Assembly: GCA_963691875.1 (NCBI GenBank)
Contig: OY829846.1
Coordinates: 1,568,001-1,632,000 of the forward strand
Length of the DNA: 64,000 nt
DNA from: Aureliella sp.
GTDB lineage: Bacteria; Planctomycetota; Planctomycetia; Pirellulales; Pirellulaceae
Direction: 5' to 3'
The notes under the pieces were generated by a model. That model searched no databases. It was not told the origin of the DNA and worked only from the letters and a program-made list of their open reading frames with translations. The position numbers and the translations under genes are program-made. Positions 20,713 to 30,162 of the stretch are shown one piece after another (position 1 is the first letter of the stretch; each line of letters opens with the position of its first letter).

Positions 20713-22826
20713 CTATTTAAGACGCACAATTCGTTCGGCTCGGATGTGAGTTTTCTGTAGCTGTGGAAGGTAGCCGCGCAAGCCTTTGACTCCAACCGGT
20801 TGGTTGAGGTTTAAATTCAGGTTCATTCCAGGCAGACCACTCACGTACGCTATAACCTGGCCTTGCTGGTCGGTCAGTGCATGTGTTGGTTGTCCCGGTC
20901 CTGCCATGATGGTTTGTACCAAGTAACCCGTGGCGGTAAAGGAACTCAGATTCGTGCTGGACGGACTGCTCTCAGGGCCCTGGTAAGCAGCTTTGCTAAC
21001 GGCAGGCGTTGAGGAATTTCTGGGGACAAAACTGGCAGTACTGATGTTTCTGCCTGCGCTACTTGGCAGACCCACTCTAAAGTTTGCACCTGGGACAAAG
21101 GCACTGCGATGTGCGTGTTGCTGGAACTCGTCGATTCTCTCCAGCAGTAGACGCGCCTGGCCTCGCTCGATGGGAGTTGCTCCATGCTCGACGAACTGAG
21201 TCACGCGGCTGCGGATGGGTTCAAGATTCCACTGCCCCGTCGGCTTGGTCACCATTTCGCTGAGGGCAAGCTGCAATTGATCCAGCTCCGAGCTAATCGA
21301 CAGATCACTTGCGGGAGCTGCCCGATTGGCACTTGAATCCTTGACGCCGTACCAATCGAAACTTCCAGTTCCAGAAGAAGCTTGAGAGAGGCTCGATGCA
21401 TTGCTCGCTAGCAACGCGGAATTCCTGACACTGCTTCCCATTCCAACTCCCGTGTCAATCGCACTGGGGCTCGTAGCATAAGCATCTGCACCAAGAGAAT
21501 CTGTTTGACTTCCAAACCTGGAACCAAGTCGGCTGAGCGAGTCACGGAGACTTGCTGTGAGCGGCGGACGAAGCTCCGATTCGGCTCCAGCCTGCGGGTA
21601 TCCTCTTAAGCGATTGTGTTCAAGCAAGTTGGGGTCGGTCCAAGGTTCGAGACGATCAAGTGGTTGCGGCGGAACGTAGCCACTGGTACTGTTCTGACCG
21701 CGAGTCTCGTAAGCAGGTTGGACGATTCTTGGCCGAACCGGCGCGCTTTTGTGAACTGGCTTGGGCATCTTCAGGCTGAAGGGATCGTGGGCAAGCGGGT
21801 CTTGCATGGGCCCCCGACGTCCAATCAACCTTTCGAGCCATGTGCAACGCAAGCCATCGTCACCTAGTTCAAAGGCATGCCAGCCATCCCAACGACGTTT
21901 TGGCTTCGCAGCTTCCTCGTAGATGACTCCTCCATCTTCGTAAACTGCACCACCGTCTTCGAAAACGACACCACCGTCTTCGTAAAAAATGGAACCGTCG
22001 TCGACAATAATCTCGCCTTCATAAATTTCGTCGCCAAGATATTCTTCAGCAATAATTTCTTCAGGGTTGTCAAGGATTGATCCTGGCTTCTTGGGTGGCA
22101 AATCGTCGAAGACTCCGTCTTCTGCTGGCTCTTCGGTCGGAGTTACTTCCTCATCTTCCGATCCATTTTCTTGATATGAAGCTGGAATTAGACTGCTCGA
22201 CTTCTCGGCACTAGCCAGAACGACGACCCCAGAGTTTTGCTCATCCGTAGAAATAGGTAAATCCTTTTTCGAGACCTCGTTAGCATCCAAGGTCACCTGG
22301 CTTTCATGCACCCAACGGAACTCGCCAGAGGGAGGGGCCACGCGATACCAGAGCACAGGGTTGCCTTCTGAGTCATTTTGCGTAGACTCGCCGAGGACCG
22401 TCAGTTGTTCGCCTTGCTGAAGTTTGACTTGCCAGCGAAATCGTTTTGCCGTGCCAAGTGAAGTACCAATCCAACTGACCCCTTCCGAGTCAGTGACTTC
22501 GATAACTTTACCACCAGGCAACAGGTACGCATCTTTAGCGCGAACCCAACTAAAACTGCCGTTGGGTGGTCGAATTCCATACCAGCCGTCGGTCGTCTGG
22601 CTGAAAGCCTTGAAGCTATCACCCTTGGTGGTCCGTGAAGTGGCGTAGTAGTCTTCGCCGGCCCACTTCGCACTTCGACTATCTTGCCCTTTGCGTAGAG
22701 CGTCTGCGGTGTATTGAGCTTTTTGAGCCGGATTTCTTGTGCTGTGGCTGTGGCAAAAGAATGCAACAGAGTGCAGAAAGCCAAGATCGCTGCCAGCCAA
22801 AGATATCGTGGGGACATGCTGTCCAT
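20713..22826 (-). CDS. Secreted SH3-like domain protein, split by one frameshift near 22660
   Basis: The signal peptide and EVRSGP are in one frame, and GEDYYAT...WYGIRPP is in the next. Joining them restores the bacterial SH3 motif VRSGPGxxY. Confidence 0.7.
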
Positions 22827-23102
22827 GTTGTTGCCCGTACAAAAACCGATCCGACCGTCGAACTCTGCCCCCACTCGAGTCGCAACGGCGCATAGAGAGC
22901 ACATCGAGAGCGCACACTGCCCTCGTCTCTAATACACGCTAGCTACTGTATTGCACAGTTCGCATCAAGAGAGGATTGGACAACTAAGACGTTTCAGCTG
23001 TAAAGGCAGAGCAACTCAAGATGCTAGCATTTTCAGTTTCTGGATGCATCACCCATTCTAAGAGCGTGGCAGGATCGGGAATGCGGCAGTTTAGCGGCGA
23101 GA

Positions 23103-24995
23103 TTACTCGTCGGTAGTCATGCCGAGTTGTCCCATCTTGCGGTACAGGTTGGAGCGATGCATGCCGAGCTGCTTAGCTGCCTGAGCCAAATTACCTTGGC
23201 TTGCTTCCACGTGCCGCGTGATGTACTGCTTCTGAAACACATGCGTTGCGTCGGTTAGAGACATATTGGACGGAATATGCGCAACCTCGCTCTCCGAGCC
23301 AGGCGAGAGCACAAAGGCAAGATCAGTCTCTTCGACTTTGTCGCCCTTCGTAAGATAAGCAACACGTTCCATCAAGTTACGGAGCTCGCGAACGTTACCA
23401 GGCCAAGCATGAGTCAGCAGTCGGCTTTTGGCCGAGTCTGAAAATACTGGCGGTCGTCGACCGATCTGGTGTCCGAACTGTTCCAAGAAGTGCTGAGCCA
23501 ACACTACGATGTCCTGGCCTCGTTCGCGAAGAGGTGGTAGCTGCAGCGTGACGACATTCAGTCGGAAGTACAAGTCCTCGCGGAATCTTTTCTCTCGGAC
23601 CAACTTCACCAGATCTTGATTCGTGGCCGCAATAACTCGCACGTCAGTTTGAATCGGTTTCGAGCCACCGACGCGTACGACAACTTTGTCCTCCAGCACG
23701 CGCAGCAATTTCGCTTGACCGCTTAAGCTCATTTCGCCAATCTCGTCGAGCAATAAGGTGCCTCCCGAGGCTACTTCGAATTTCCCGGCGCGGTCCGAAA
23801 TGGCATCGGTGAAGGCTCCTTTCTCGTGACCGAACAACTCACTCTCCAGTAGCGTTTCAGCGATCGCCGCACAATTAATGGCAACGAAATCTTGGTCGCG
23901 TCGGTCACTTTGCAGATGCAAGCTGCGAGCAACGACCTCCTTTCCCGTACCATTCTCGCCGAGCACCAGAACAGCCAGTTCCGTAGGAGCGACTCGTTCG
24001 ATGGTGTCTCGCAATGCCTCGATCTGCGGGCATTGACCGACGACCTGAAGCGTATCCGAAGCACTTTGCACGAGCCGGTCGCGAGTAGCAACGAGTTCGG
24101 CTATCTGCTGAGTATTCTCAACGGCTGCAGCAGCATGCTGTGCCAGCTCAACCAAGAATCGTTCGTCAGCAGCAGAAAAACTACCGCTGTGGTGGTTGAG
24201 GACTTCGAAAACACCGATGGGCTTCTGCTTCCGGGATAGCAGCGGTACTGCAACCAAGGAGCGAGTCAGGTAGCCCAGCTGCTTTCCAACTTTAGCATTG
24301 ATGGCTTCAGGATCGCCCGAGTCATCCCAACGCTGCGATTCACCAGATTTGAGGACTTGTCCAGCGACCCCCTGGTCATCGCGAATGCGTAGCGGCTCGC
24401 CTTCTACACCTAAGGCGGGATGGCCTACCAGTTCCTTTGAGTCTTTATCCCACAGGAATATCGAGGCACGATCTCCATGTAGAACCCGAGCCGCAGCTTG
24501 TGCCATGTTATTTAGCAGATCTGTCAGGTCTTGGCTGCGTTGCCATTCCGCGGCAAGCTGTAGCATTATCTGAAGCTGTGACACTTGTCCCGAAAGCTCG
24601 CTGTGATCACGCGCTATCACGAGGCCACTTCGCAGCAGCTGCCCCACACTCAGCGCTTCCTCAAGTTCCAAGCTCGATGGCGGACTGACAAGGAGCACTT
24701 CAGCTGGTGGCAGTTTGCCAGTTATCGGAATCGCGAGCCAGCCATCCGCACTGAGGATTTCCATCTGGTCGCTCGCGTTGGCGGCTAGCTCAATCGGCAG
24801 CTGTGATAGAGAGCCTGCCGCGCCCGCCACTGCCCAATGCGAAACATCCTGGTGAACCCACGCGACTCGCACTCCAGCCAGTTGAGCGCTAACCGCGCTG
24901 AGAGCGTTGTCGCGAAACTCGTCAACACTTTGGCTGCGCCCGACTGCTGCAAGCAGTTCATTCGCGATATTCGTTGCATTTGCCCCCGAGGCCAT
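23103..24995 (-). CDS. Sigma54-dependent transcriptional activator (GAF + AAA+ + Fis HTH)
   Basis: GENGTGKE, ESELFGHEKGAFTDA, LLDEIGE, FREDLYFRL and WPGNVREL; upstream GAF domain. Confidence 0.95.
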   Translation of the reverse strand: MASGANATNIANELLAAVGRSQSVDEFRDNALSAVSAQLAGVRVAWVHQDVSHWAVAGAAGSLSQLPIELAANASDQMEILSADGWLAIPITGKLPPAEVLLVSPPSSLELEEALSVGQLLRSGLVIARDHSELSGQVSQLQIMLQLAAEWQRSQDLTDLLNNMAQAAARVLHGDRASIFLWDKDSKELVGHPALGVEGEPLRIRDDQGVAGQVLKSGESQRWDDSGDPEAINAKVGKQLGYLTRSLVAVPLLSRKQKPIGVFEVLNHHSGSFSAADERFLVELAQHAAAAVENTQQIAELVATRDRLVQSASDTLQVVGQCPQIEALRDTIERVAPTELAVLVLGENGTGKEVVARSLHLQSDRRDQDFVAINCAAIAETLLESELFGHEKGAFTDAISDRAGKFEVASGGTLLLDEIGEMSLSGQAKLLRVLEDKVVVRVGGSKPIQTDVRVIAATNQDLVKLVREKRFREDLYFRLNVVTLQLPPLRERGQDIVVLAQHFLEQFGHQIGRRPPVFSDSAKSRLLTHAWPGNVRELRNLMERVAYLTKGDKVEETDLAFVLSPGSESEVAHIPSNMSLTDATHVFQKQYITRHVEASQGNLAQAAKQLGMHRSNLYRKMGQLGMTTDE

Positions 24996-25031
24996 TCGAC
25001 TAACCGTCTCTTATTCGTGAAATTTGTTGTG

Positions 25032-26861
25032 CTACGTCTTCGGCGAGAAGAAGCGATCCACAACTTCTTGCTCTGGTGGCTCAGTCACGAGAGAAACAAC
25101 AATCATGACAACCGTTGCGACCAGCATGATCATGGTCACAGGCATGAACTCGTAGGTCTCTGTCCCTAGCGCCCACTCAATCATGTAACCACGATTGGTG
25201 GCGTAGTTGGATGCACTAAAGTGATACCACCATGTACCGGCTGCAGCAATCACGCTGGTATAGGCGCCTGTTTTAGTTAGGCGACGCCAGTAAAGAGCGG
25301 CGACTACGAGCGGAAAGAGGCTGGAAAAACCTGAGAAGCACCACACGCCAAGCGTGAAAACACTTACCGGATGAGACAGGCTCAGCAGATAAGTAATGGC
25401 GACGATCAGTACGATGAATCCACGTGTGATCCAGACCTGCTGTTTTTCGGAGAATCGATCCTTACCCATGTAGTAAGTGAAGATGTCGTTCTCAAACATC
25501 GCCCCCATGCACAGGAACTGGCTATCGAGCGAAGACATAATGGCGGCCAAAATTCCAGCCGTCAGAAACCCCGCGAGGAGGTCTGAAGTCTGTGTTTTCA
25601 CAAGAAAAGGCAATATCGCATTCGGATTGCTCGGCAATGGCGGCACCGGTGGGACAAGTTGTGTGGTGGCCCAAACACCGATCAACACACATGGAACCCA
25701 AACAATCATGATGAAAATGGGGTGAGCCACGACTGGCAACTTGAAGCTATCGGCACTCTTGGCCGTCAGCCAGTGCTGGAAGATGTGAGGGAACATCCCC
25801 ACCGACAATGGAATCAGTAAGTACGTGAAAAACTTGGTCTTTGAGATGTGCTCACGTGTCAGTTTGTCGTGCCCAGCTGCCTGGGTCGCGGATGCTAAGT
25901 TTTCAAAGAAACCTGGTCGCTCGTCGGGCGATATTTTCTGATCTTGATTCCTATCGAACTTGCTGAGCAAAGTCCAACGCTTGCGAGCGTTTTCTTCGGT
26001 CAATTCTAGCGATTGCTTCGCTTGAGCGATCGCCTCCTCCGCATTTTCGAAGTCCTCTTCCCCGCCGTCTCGGATTGCCTTCTTCAATGCTGCTTCTCCC
26101 GCAGCCAGCTTGGCTTTCGCGGTGGTCTCTTCCATCGCCACCAACTCTTCAAAACTCGTTGTTCCATCCTGATTTTTGTCAAACGCCGAGCCGCTACCTA
26201 GCTTGTTTGCTATGACGACGAAAGTGACGAGCCCAAGCACCATGAAGACGATGGTTTGAAAAGCGTTTGCCCAAGCTGTTCCTCGCATGCCGCCGAAGAA
26301 CACATAGATGAGCACAACCAAACAAATGATCAGAGATCCGAGCCATGGCGGAAGCCCGCCATGAGTTGCCGGTGAATCCGTTGGGAACATCCCTGGAAAC
26401 GCTCCACTTGTCATTTGCTGGATCGTACTGCCACTGGCCAAAACGCCGATCAACAAGTAAGGAATGATGAGGCCGACCAAAATCGGAAACAGTAACAATC
26501 CAATACGATCAGATTGCAGGCGGTCACGAAAGAATTGAATCTGAGTGGTGTAGCCGTACCTGCGTCCCAACGACCAAAGCTTGACGCCAATGAGAAAGAA
26601 GCACAGCGAATGAACGATGCCGCTTGATGAAGCGAGCATGCCGTAGACACCTATGCCCTCTTTGAATGCCTCTCCGGAGGAACCGACCAAGGCGAAGGCG
26701 GTCATCGTGGTGCCGAACAGCGACATCAACAACAAGAATGGGCCAATTGAATGACTGGCCTGCATGTAGTCTTTTTTTGTACCGCGAAACATGGTGCTTG
26801 CGATAAGCCCAAGCCCCAGCAGCAACCCGAGGTAGATCATGATGATCAGGAACTGAGTCAT
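25032..26861 (-). CDS. Sodium:solute symporter with an EF-hand insertion
   Basis: Many TM segments, YVFFGGMRGTAW and LAAIMSSLDSQ; a hydrophilic insert carries two EF-hand loops. Confidence 0.9.
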   Translation of the reverse strand: MTQFLIIMIYLGLLLGLGLIASTMFRGTKKDYMQASHSIGPFLLLMSLFGTTMTAFALVGSSGEAFKEGIGVYGMLASSSGIVHSLCFFLIGVKLWSLGRRYGYTTQIQFFRDRLQSDRIGLLLFPILVGLIIPYLLIGVLASGSTIQQMTSGAFPGMFPTDSPATHGGLPPWLGSLIICLVVLIYVFFGGMRGTAWANAFQTIVFMVLGLVTFVVIANKLGSGSAFDKNQDGTTSFEELVAMEETTAKAKLAAGEAALKKAIRDGGEEDFENAEEAIAQAKQSLELTEENARKRWTLLSKFDRNQDQKISPDERPGFFENLASATQAAGHDKLTREHISKTKFFTYLLIPLSVGMFPHIFQHWLTAKSADSFKLPVVAHPIFIMIVWVPCVLIGVWATTQLVPPVPPLPSNPNAILPFLVKTQTSDLLAGFLTAGILAAIMSSLDSQFLCMGAMFENDIFTYYMGKDRFSEKQQVWITRGFIVLIVAITYLLSLSHPVSVFTLGVWCFSGFSSLFPLVVAALYWRRLTKTGAYTSVIAAAGTWWYHFSASNYATNRGYMIEWALGTETYEFMPVTMIMLVATVVMIVVSLVTEPPEQEVVDRFFSPKT

Positions 26862-27109
26862 CGTGCATCCTCCGCCTCTATGGAGTCCGCAGCCGAGCTC
26901 TCTGTTTCGTAATCGGGCCAGGCAAATTTGGTGCCGAGGAACCAAGTCACTGCGGCGGCAACCGAGATGCAGGCGTGATAGAACAGCCCGATAGGAAGAA
27001 AGCCAAGCACGAGTTTGTCGTCGTGCCAAAAGAAGTTGTCTTGGTGAAGGACGATCAACAGCAGGACCAATCCCCACACCCAAAGCCCGGCGATTCTCTG
27101 TCCAGCCAT
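26858..27109 (-). CDS. DUF3311-type small membrane partner of SSS transporters
   Basis: LHQDNFFW..LVLGFLPIGLFYH; ATGA overlap with the SSS gene. Confidence 0.85.
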   Translation of the reverse strand: MAGQRIAGLWVWGLVLLLIVLHQDNFFWHDDKLVLGFLPIGLFYHACISVAAAVTWFLGTKFAWPDYETESSAADSIEAEDAR

Positions 27110-27369
27110 GAGTCGCGCTCAAATATCGTTAGCGTGGTACGAACAGAAACGGTCTGCTCAGAACGCACAGATCTTACCGCAAAACCCGGCGAGCATACAG
27201 AAGAGAGTGGGCTGAGTGAGCGGGACTAGCGGGAGCTGATGTGATCGAGTGAAGCCCAAGGCCCTGCGTCAAAAAACACAGCACGAACCTTGAGGCAGGT
27301 ACTCACTAGTGCCCTTACGATATTTGTTCCATCGCTGACGCGTCGGTTTTCCGCCAAATCAAAAGGCCG

Positions 27370-27522
27370 CTAGATCTTGGTCTTAAGAGCCATAAACCCA
27401 GAGACGACGAAAATACCTGCCACGATGCCCCACTGAGTTACATTCATCTCGTGGATCATCCAGTTGAAGTTATCGCTTGCTTTCTGGAACATTCCAAAGA
27501 AGAAATCAGTGAAGTAGCTCAT
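27370..27522 (-). CDS. Small membrane protein (50 aa)
   Basis: AGGGG RBS-like site upstream; single C-terminal TM helix followed by a basic tail. Confidence 0.55.
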   Translation of the reverse strand: MSYFTDFFFGMFQKASDNFNWMIHEMNVTQWGIVAGIFVVSGFMALKTKI

Positions 27523-27838
27523 GGCATATTCCCCTAGACAGACTCTCAATACTGCACACCGCAAGTCTAGGCTCTGGATCGTGAATTGTGGTTAAACTCA
27601 CTCCCCAGATTGGGATGGCTGCCTGCAAAGTGTCCAGTCAAGACGATTATGCCAGCTCCAACTATACGAAAATGAAAGTTTAGCCTGCGACGAAGGTTTT
27701 ACAGTTTAATCTTATCTCTTACGGAATAATTGTCCACAAACCGCTCGTTTGAAGGAAGGAAACTTGCCCTCAACGGCGGGGCTTGTCTATACTTTGAAGC
27801 CTTCTTGTATTCTATTGACTTTTCTGAGGACTTTTCAA

Positions 27839-28834
27839 ATGAAGAAACGATCGGGTTTCACCCTGGTTGAACTTCTCGTCGTGATTGCCATCATCGGCAT
27901 TCTGGTGGGATTGCTACTTCCAGCAGTACAAGCTGCTCGAGAGGCTGCAAGACGGATGCAGTGCTCCAACAATCTGAAGCAGTTGGGCCTTGCTTGCTTG
28001 AACTACGAGAGCGCACACAAGCGTTTTCCTCCTGGGCACGTCTGGCCGCGAACGGTTGGCCAAAATGGGAATCAAGAGTCTTGGGGTTGGACCGTGCTGA
28101 TCATGCCCTTCATGGAACAGACACCATTGTTCAATCAATTGCGTGTGACTGAGATGTCGCTTGCAGATTACCTCGCCCGCGCGACTCCTCAGCAATTCGC
28201 TCTACTGCAACAAGATATCGCGACTCTTCGTTGCCCGAGCGACACCGAAGGAGATTTAGCCAAATCGTTCCGCCACTGGAACGGAGGCTGGGGAACCAAC
28301 CAAGGCGGCTGGGGTCGTTGGGAGTCTGGTCTTTCTAACTACGTCTGCAACCGAGGCACGCGAAACAATTGGCAACGTCGTGACGACACCCATGGGATGT
28401 TCATGGAAATGCTGGCCGTTCGTATGGCAGATGTCACCGACGGTACCAGCAACACCTTCCTGATTGGTGAAAGAGACTCCAAATATGGTCGTGCGTCGAC
28501 CTGGCCCGGTGTCCGTAACCCTCAAGGGAACGTTCACCGTGGAATCTACATGCACACCGCGAATGTTCGTCCGCCAATCAACTCGAACTTCCCGAACGCT
28601 AACAGTACCAACCGTGGTGCCCGTGCTGGATTCGGTAGTTTGCACACTGGCGGTGCTCAGTTCTGCTACGTAGATGGTTCCGTACACTTCATCTCAGAGA
28701 ACATCGACTCTCGCCCTGACGCTTCGGGTGGATGTCGAATTTGGGATGTAACTCCTTGTGAGCCGGTTCACGGCACTTATGAACGTCTTGGACGTCGTAA
28801 CGACAACTTTGTTGTTCAGGATCCAACTCTATAA
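27839..28834 (+). CDS. DUF1559 prepilin-type N-terminal cleavage/methylation protein
   Basis: [38 protein letters not shown] and H-X9-DG (HTGGAQFCYVDG). Confidence 0.95.
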   Translation: MKKRSGFTLVELLVVIAIIGILVGLLLPAVQAAREAARRMQCSNNLKQLGLACLNYESAHKRFPPGHVWPRTVGQNGNQESWGWTVLIMPFMEQTPLFNQLRVTEMSLADYLARATPQQFALLQQDIATLRCPSDTEGDLAKSFRHWNGGWGTNQGGWGRWESGLSNYVCNRGTRNNWQRRDDTHGMFMEMLAVRMADVTDGTSNTFLIGERDSKYGRASTWPGVRNPQGNVHRGIYMHTANVRPPINSNFPNANSTNRGARAGFGSLHTGGAQFCYVDGSVHFISENIDSRPDASGGCRIWDVTPCEPVHGTYERLGRRNDNFVVQDPTL

Positions 28835-28871
28835 TTGCCGCTAGAACGATTAGCGATAACATGTAAAATTC

Positions 28872-28907
28872 AAGGGCGACGCGGGATTTCTTCGGGTCGC
28901 CCTTTTT
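28872..28907 (+). terminator. Intrinsic terminator
   Basis: AAGGGCGAC...GTCGCCCTT stem followed by a T-tract. Confidence 0.75.
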
Positions 28908-29018
28908 AATTCACTCTGCATTCCAATCCCCTTCGGATTGCTTCACAGGAGCGGAATAGCGAGAGCTTTTTTCTGGTTTGCTAGTCGCGAGTAGCCCCCC
29001 AACAAATAGGATTCCGAG

Positions 29019-29444
29019 ATGTTTAGGTATTTTTCTGCTGCTGCTGTAGTTTTGGCTTTTGTAGGTTGTGGCTCCAGTGATATAGGCTACGTGAGCGGAA
29101 CGGTAACGATGGATGACAAGCCGCTCGCTGGAGCGGTCGTGGAGTTCTTCCCTGAGCCTTCTGGCGCTCCTGCAATCGGACTAACCGATAAAGATGGCAA
29201 GTACACGCTCACCTTGGGCCGAGACACTAAGGGTGTGAAGGTTGGCGAAAATAAGGTTCAGATCTCTACCGCTGATGGCGGAGCAGGCGATGACGATGGA
29301 TATGGTGCGGCTGGAAAGGAAACCGTCCCCGCGCGTTACAACGTCAAAACGGAACTTAAAGAAACGGTGAAATCTGGAAACAACACCATCGATTTCAAAC
29401 TCGAAAGTGGTGGTGAAATCATCCAAACCCCAGAAAACTACTAG
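29019..29444 (+). CDS. Carboxypeptidase-regulatory-like domain lipoprotein (typical DUF1559 partner)
   Basis: Lipobox FVGC, VSGTVTMD..PL, TDKDGKYTL and VPARYN. Confidence 0.88.
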   Translation: MFRYFSAAAVVLAFVGCGSSDIGYVSGTVTMDDKPLAGAVVEFFPEPSGAPAIGLTDKDGKYTLTLGRDTKGVKVGENKVQISTADGGAGDDDGYGAAGKETVPARYNVKTELKETVKSGNNTIDFKLESGGEIIQTPENY

Positions 29445-29505
29445 GGGATTCACACCGATTTCGGCAAAAGAATTTAAGGGTTACAAAAACGAACTTTTTG
29501 TGGCC

Positions 29506-29533
29506 TTGCGAGGTTAAGAAGCCGACGTATAAT
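29506..29533 (+). promoter_or_regulatory. Sigma70-type promoter of tRNA-Asp
   Basis: TTGCGA-N16-TATAAT, ending 25 nt upstream of the tRNA. Confidence 0.65.
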
Positions 29534-29558
29534 CCGTGAGTTCCCTCAGTAAAGTGTT

Positions 29559-29632
29559 GGCCCAGTGGCGCAATTGGTTAGCGCATCGGACTGTCGATCC
29601 GAAGGTTGCGAGTTCGAGCCTCGTCTGGGTCG
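29559..29632 (+). tRNA. tRNA-Asp (GTC)
   Basis: Acceptor stem GGCCCAG/CTGGGTC, anticodon arm TCGGA-CTGTCGA-TCCGA and T-loop GTTCGAG; CCA not encoded. Confidence 0.97.
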
Positions 29633-29641
29633 CTGAAAAAT

Positions 29642-29683
29642 AAGCCGTTTCATCAAGCTGTCTGCTGGTGAAACGGCTTTTTT
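29642..29683 (+). terminator. Terminator after tRNA-Asp
   Basis: AAGCCGTTTCATCA...TGGTGAAACGGCTT stem plus T-tract. Confidence 0.8.
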
Positions 29684-30162
29684 CGTTCTCTGGCGATCCC
29701 TGGAGCGCAGGAATTAGAAGCAGCCTCTAGCTCGGACCAACCCATTGAGTCCCAAAAACTGCTACACTCCAACCCAATCTCTAAACGTGGCGAGTTGTTT
29801 TGAAGTTGGGTACTCTCGCAGTTCTTAAACAAGCGAACGCGCCGAAGTCGGAACATCGGCCGCAAATTTTGATCCCCAGACTCTTCTGGTTCTGCGAAAC
29901 AAAAGTTGCGTTTGTGCTGTTGCTGTACTGGTCGCGTCCTTGTTCGGGCCTACCAGACGATTCGTTTCCGAAAAGTGCAACTTCATAATGCCGTTCCGAG
30001 CTTGGAAACTGGATTCGGCCTCGACAGATCATCGCTGCCTTAAATCTGGTTCAATCCATGCTGGGGCGATCGCTCTGAACGATCTGCTATGCTATCCGCT
30101 TCATTGTGGCGTTCGTGCCCTATGAATTTGGACTCTAGCTTTCACTCGCAATATTCGGACAG

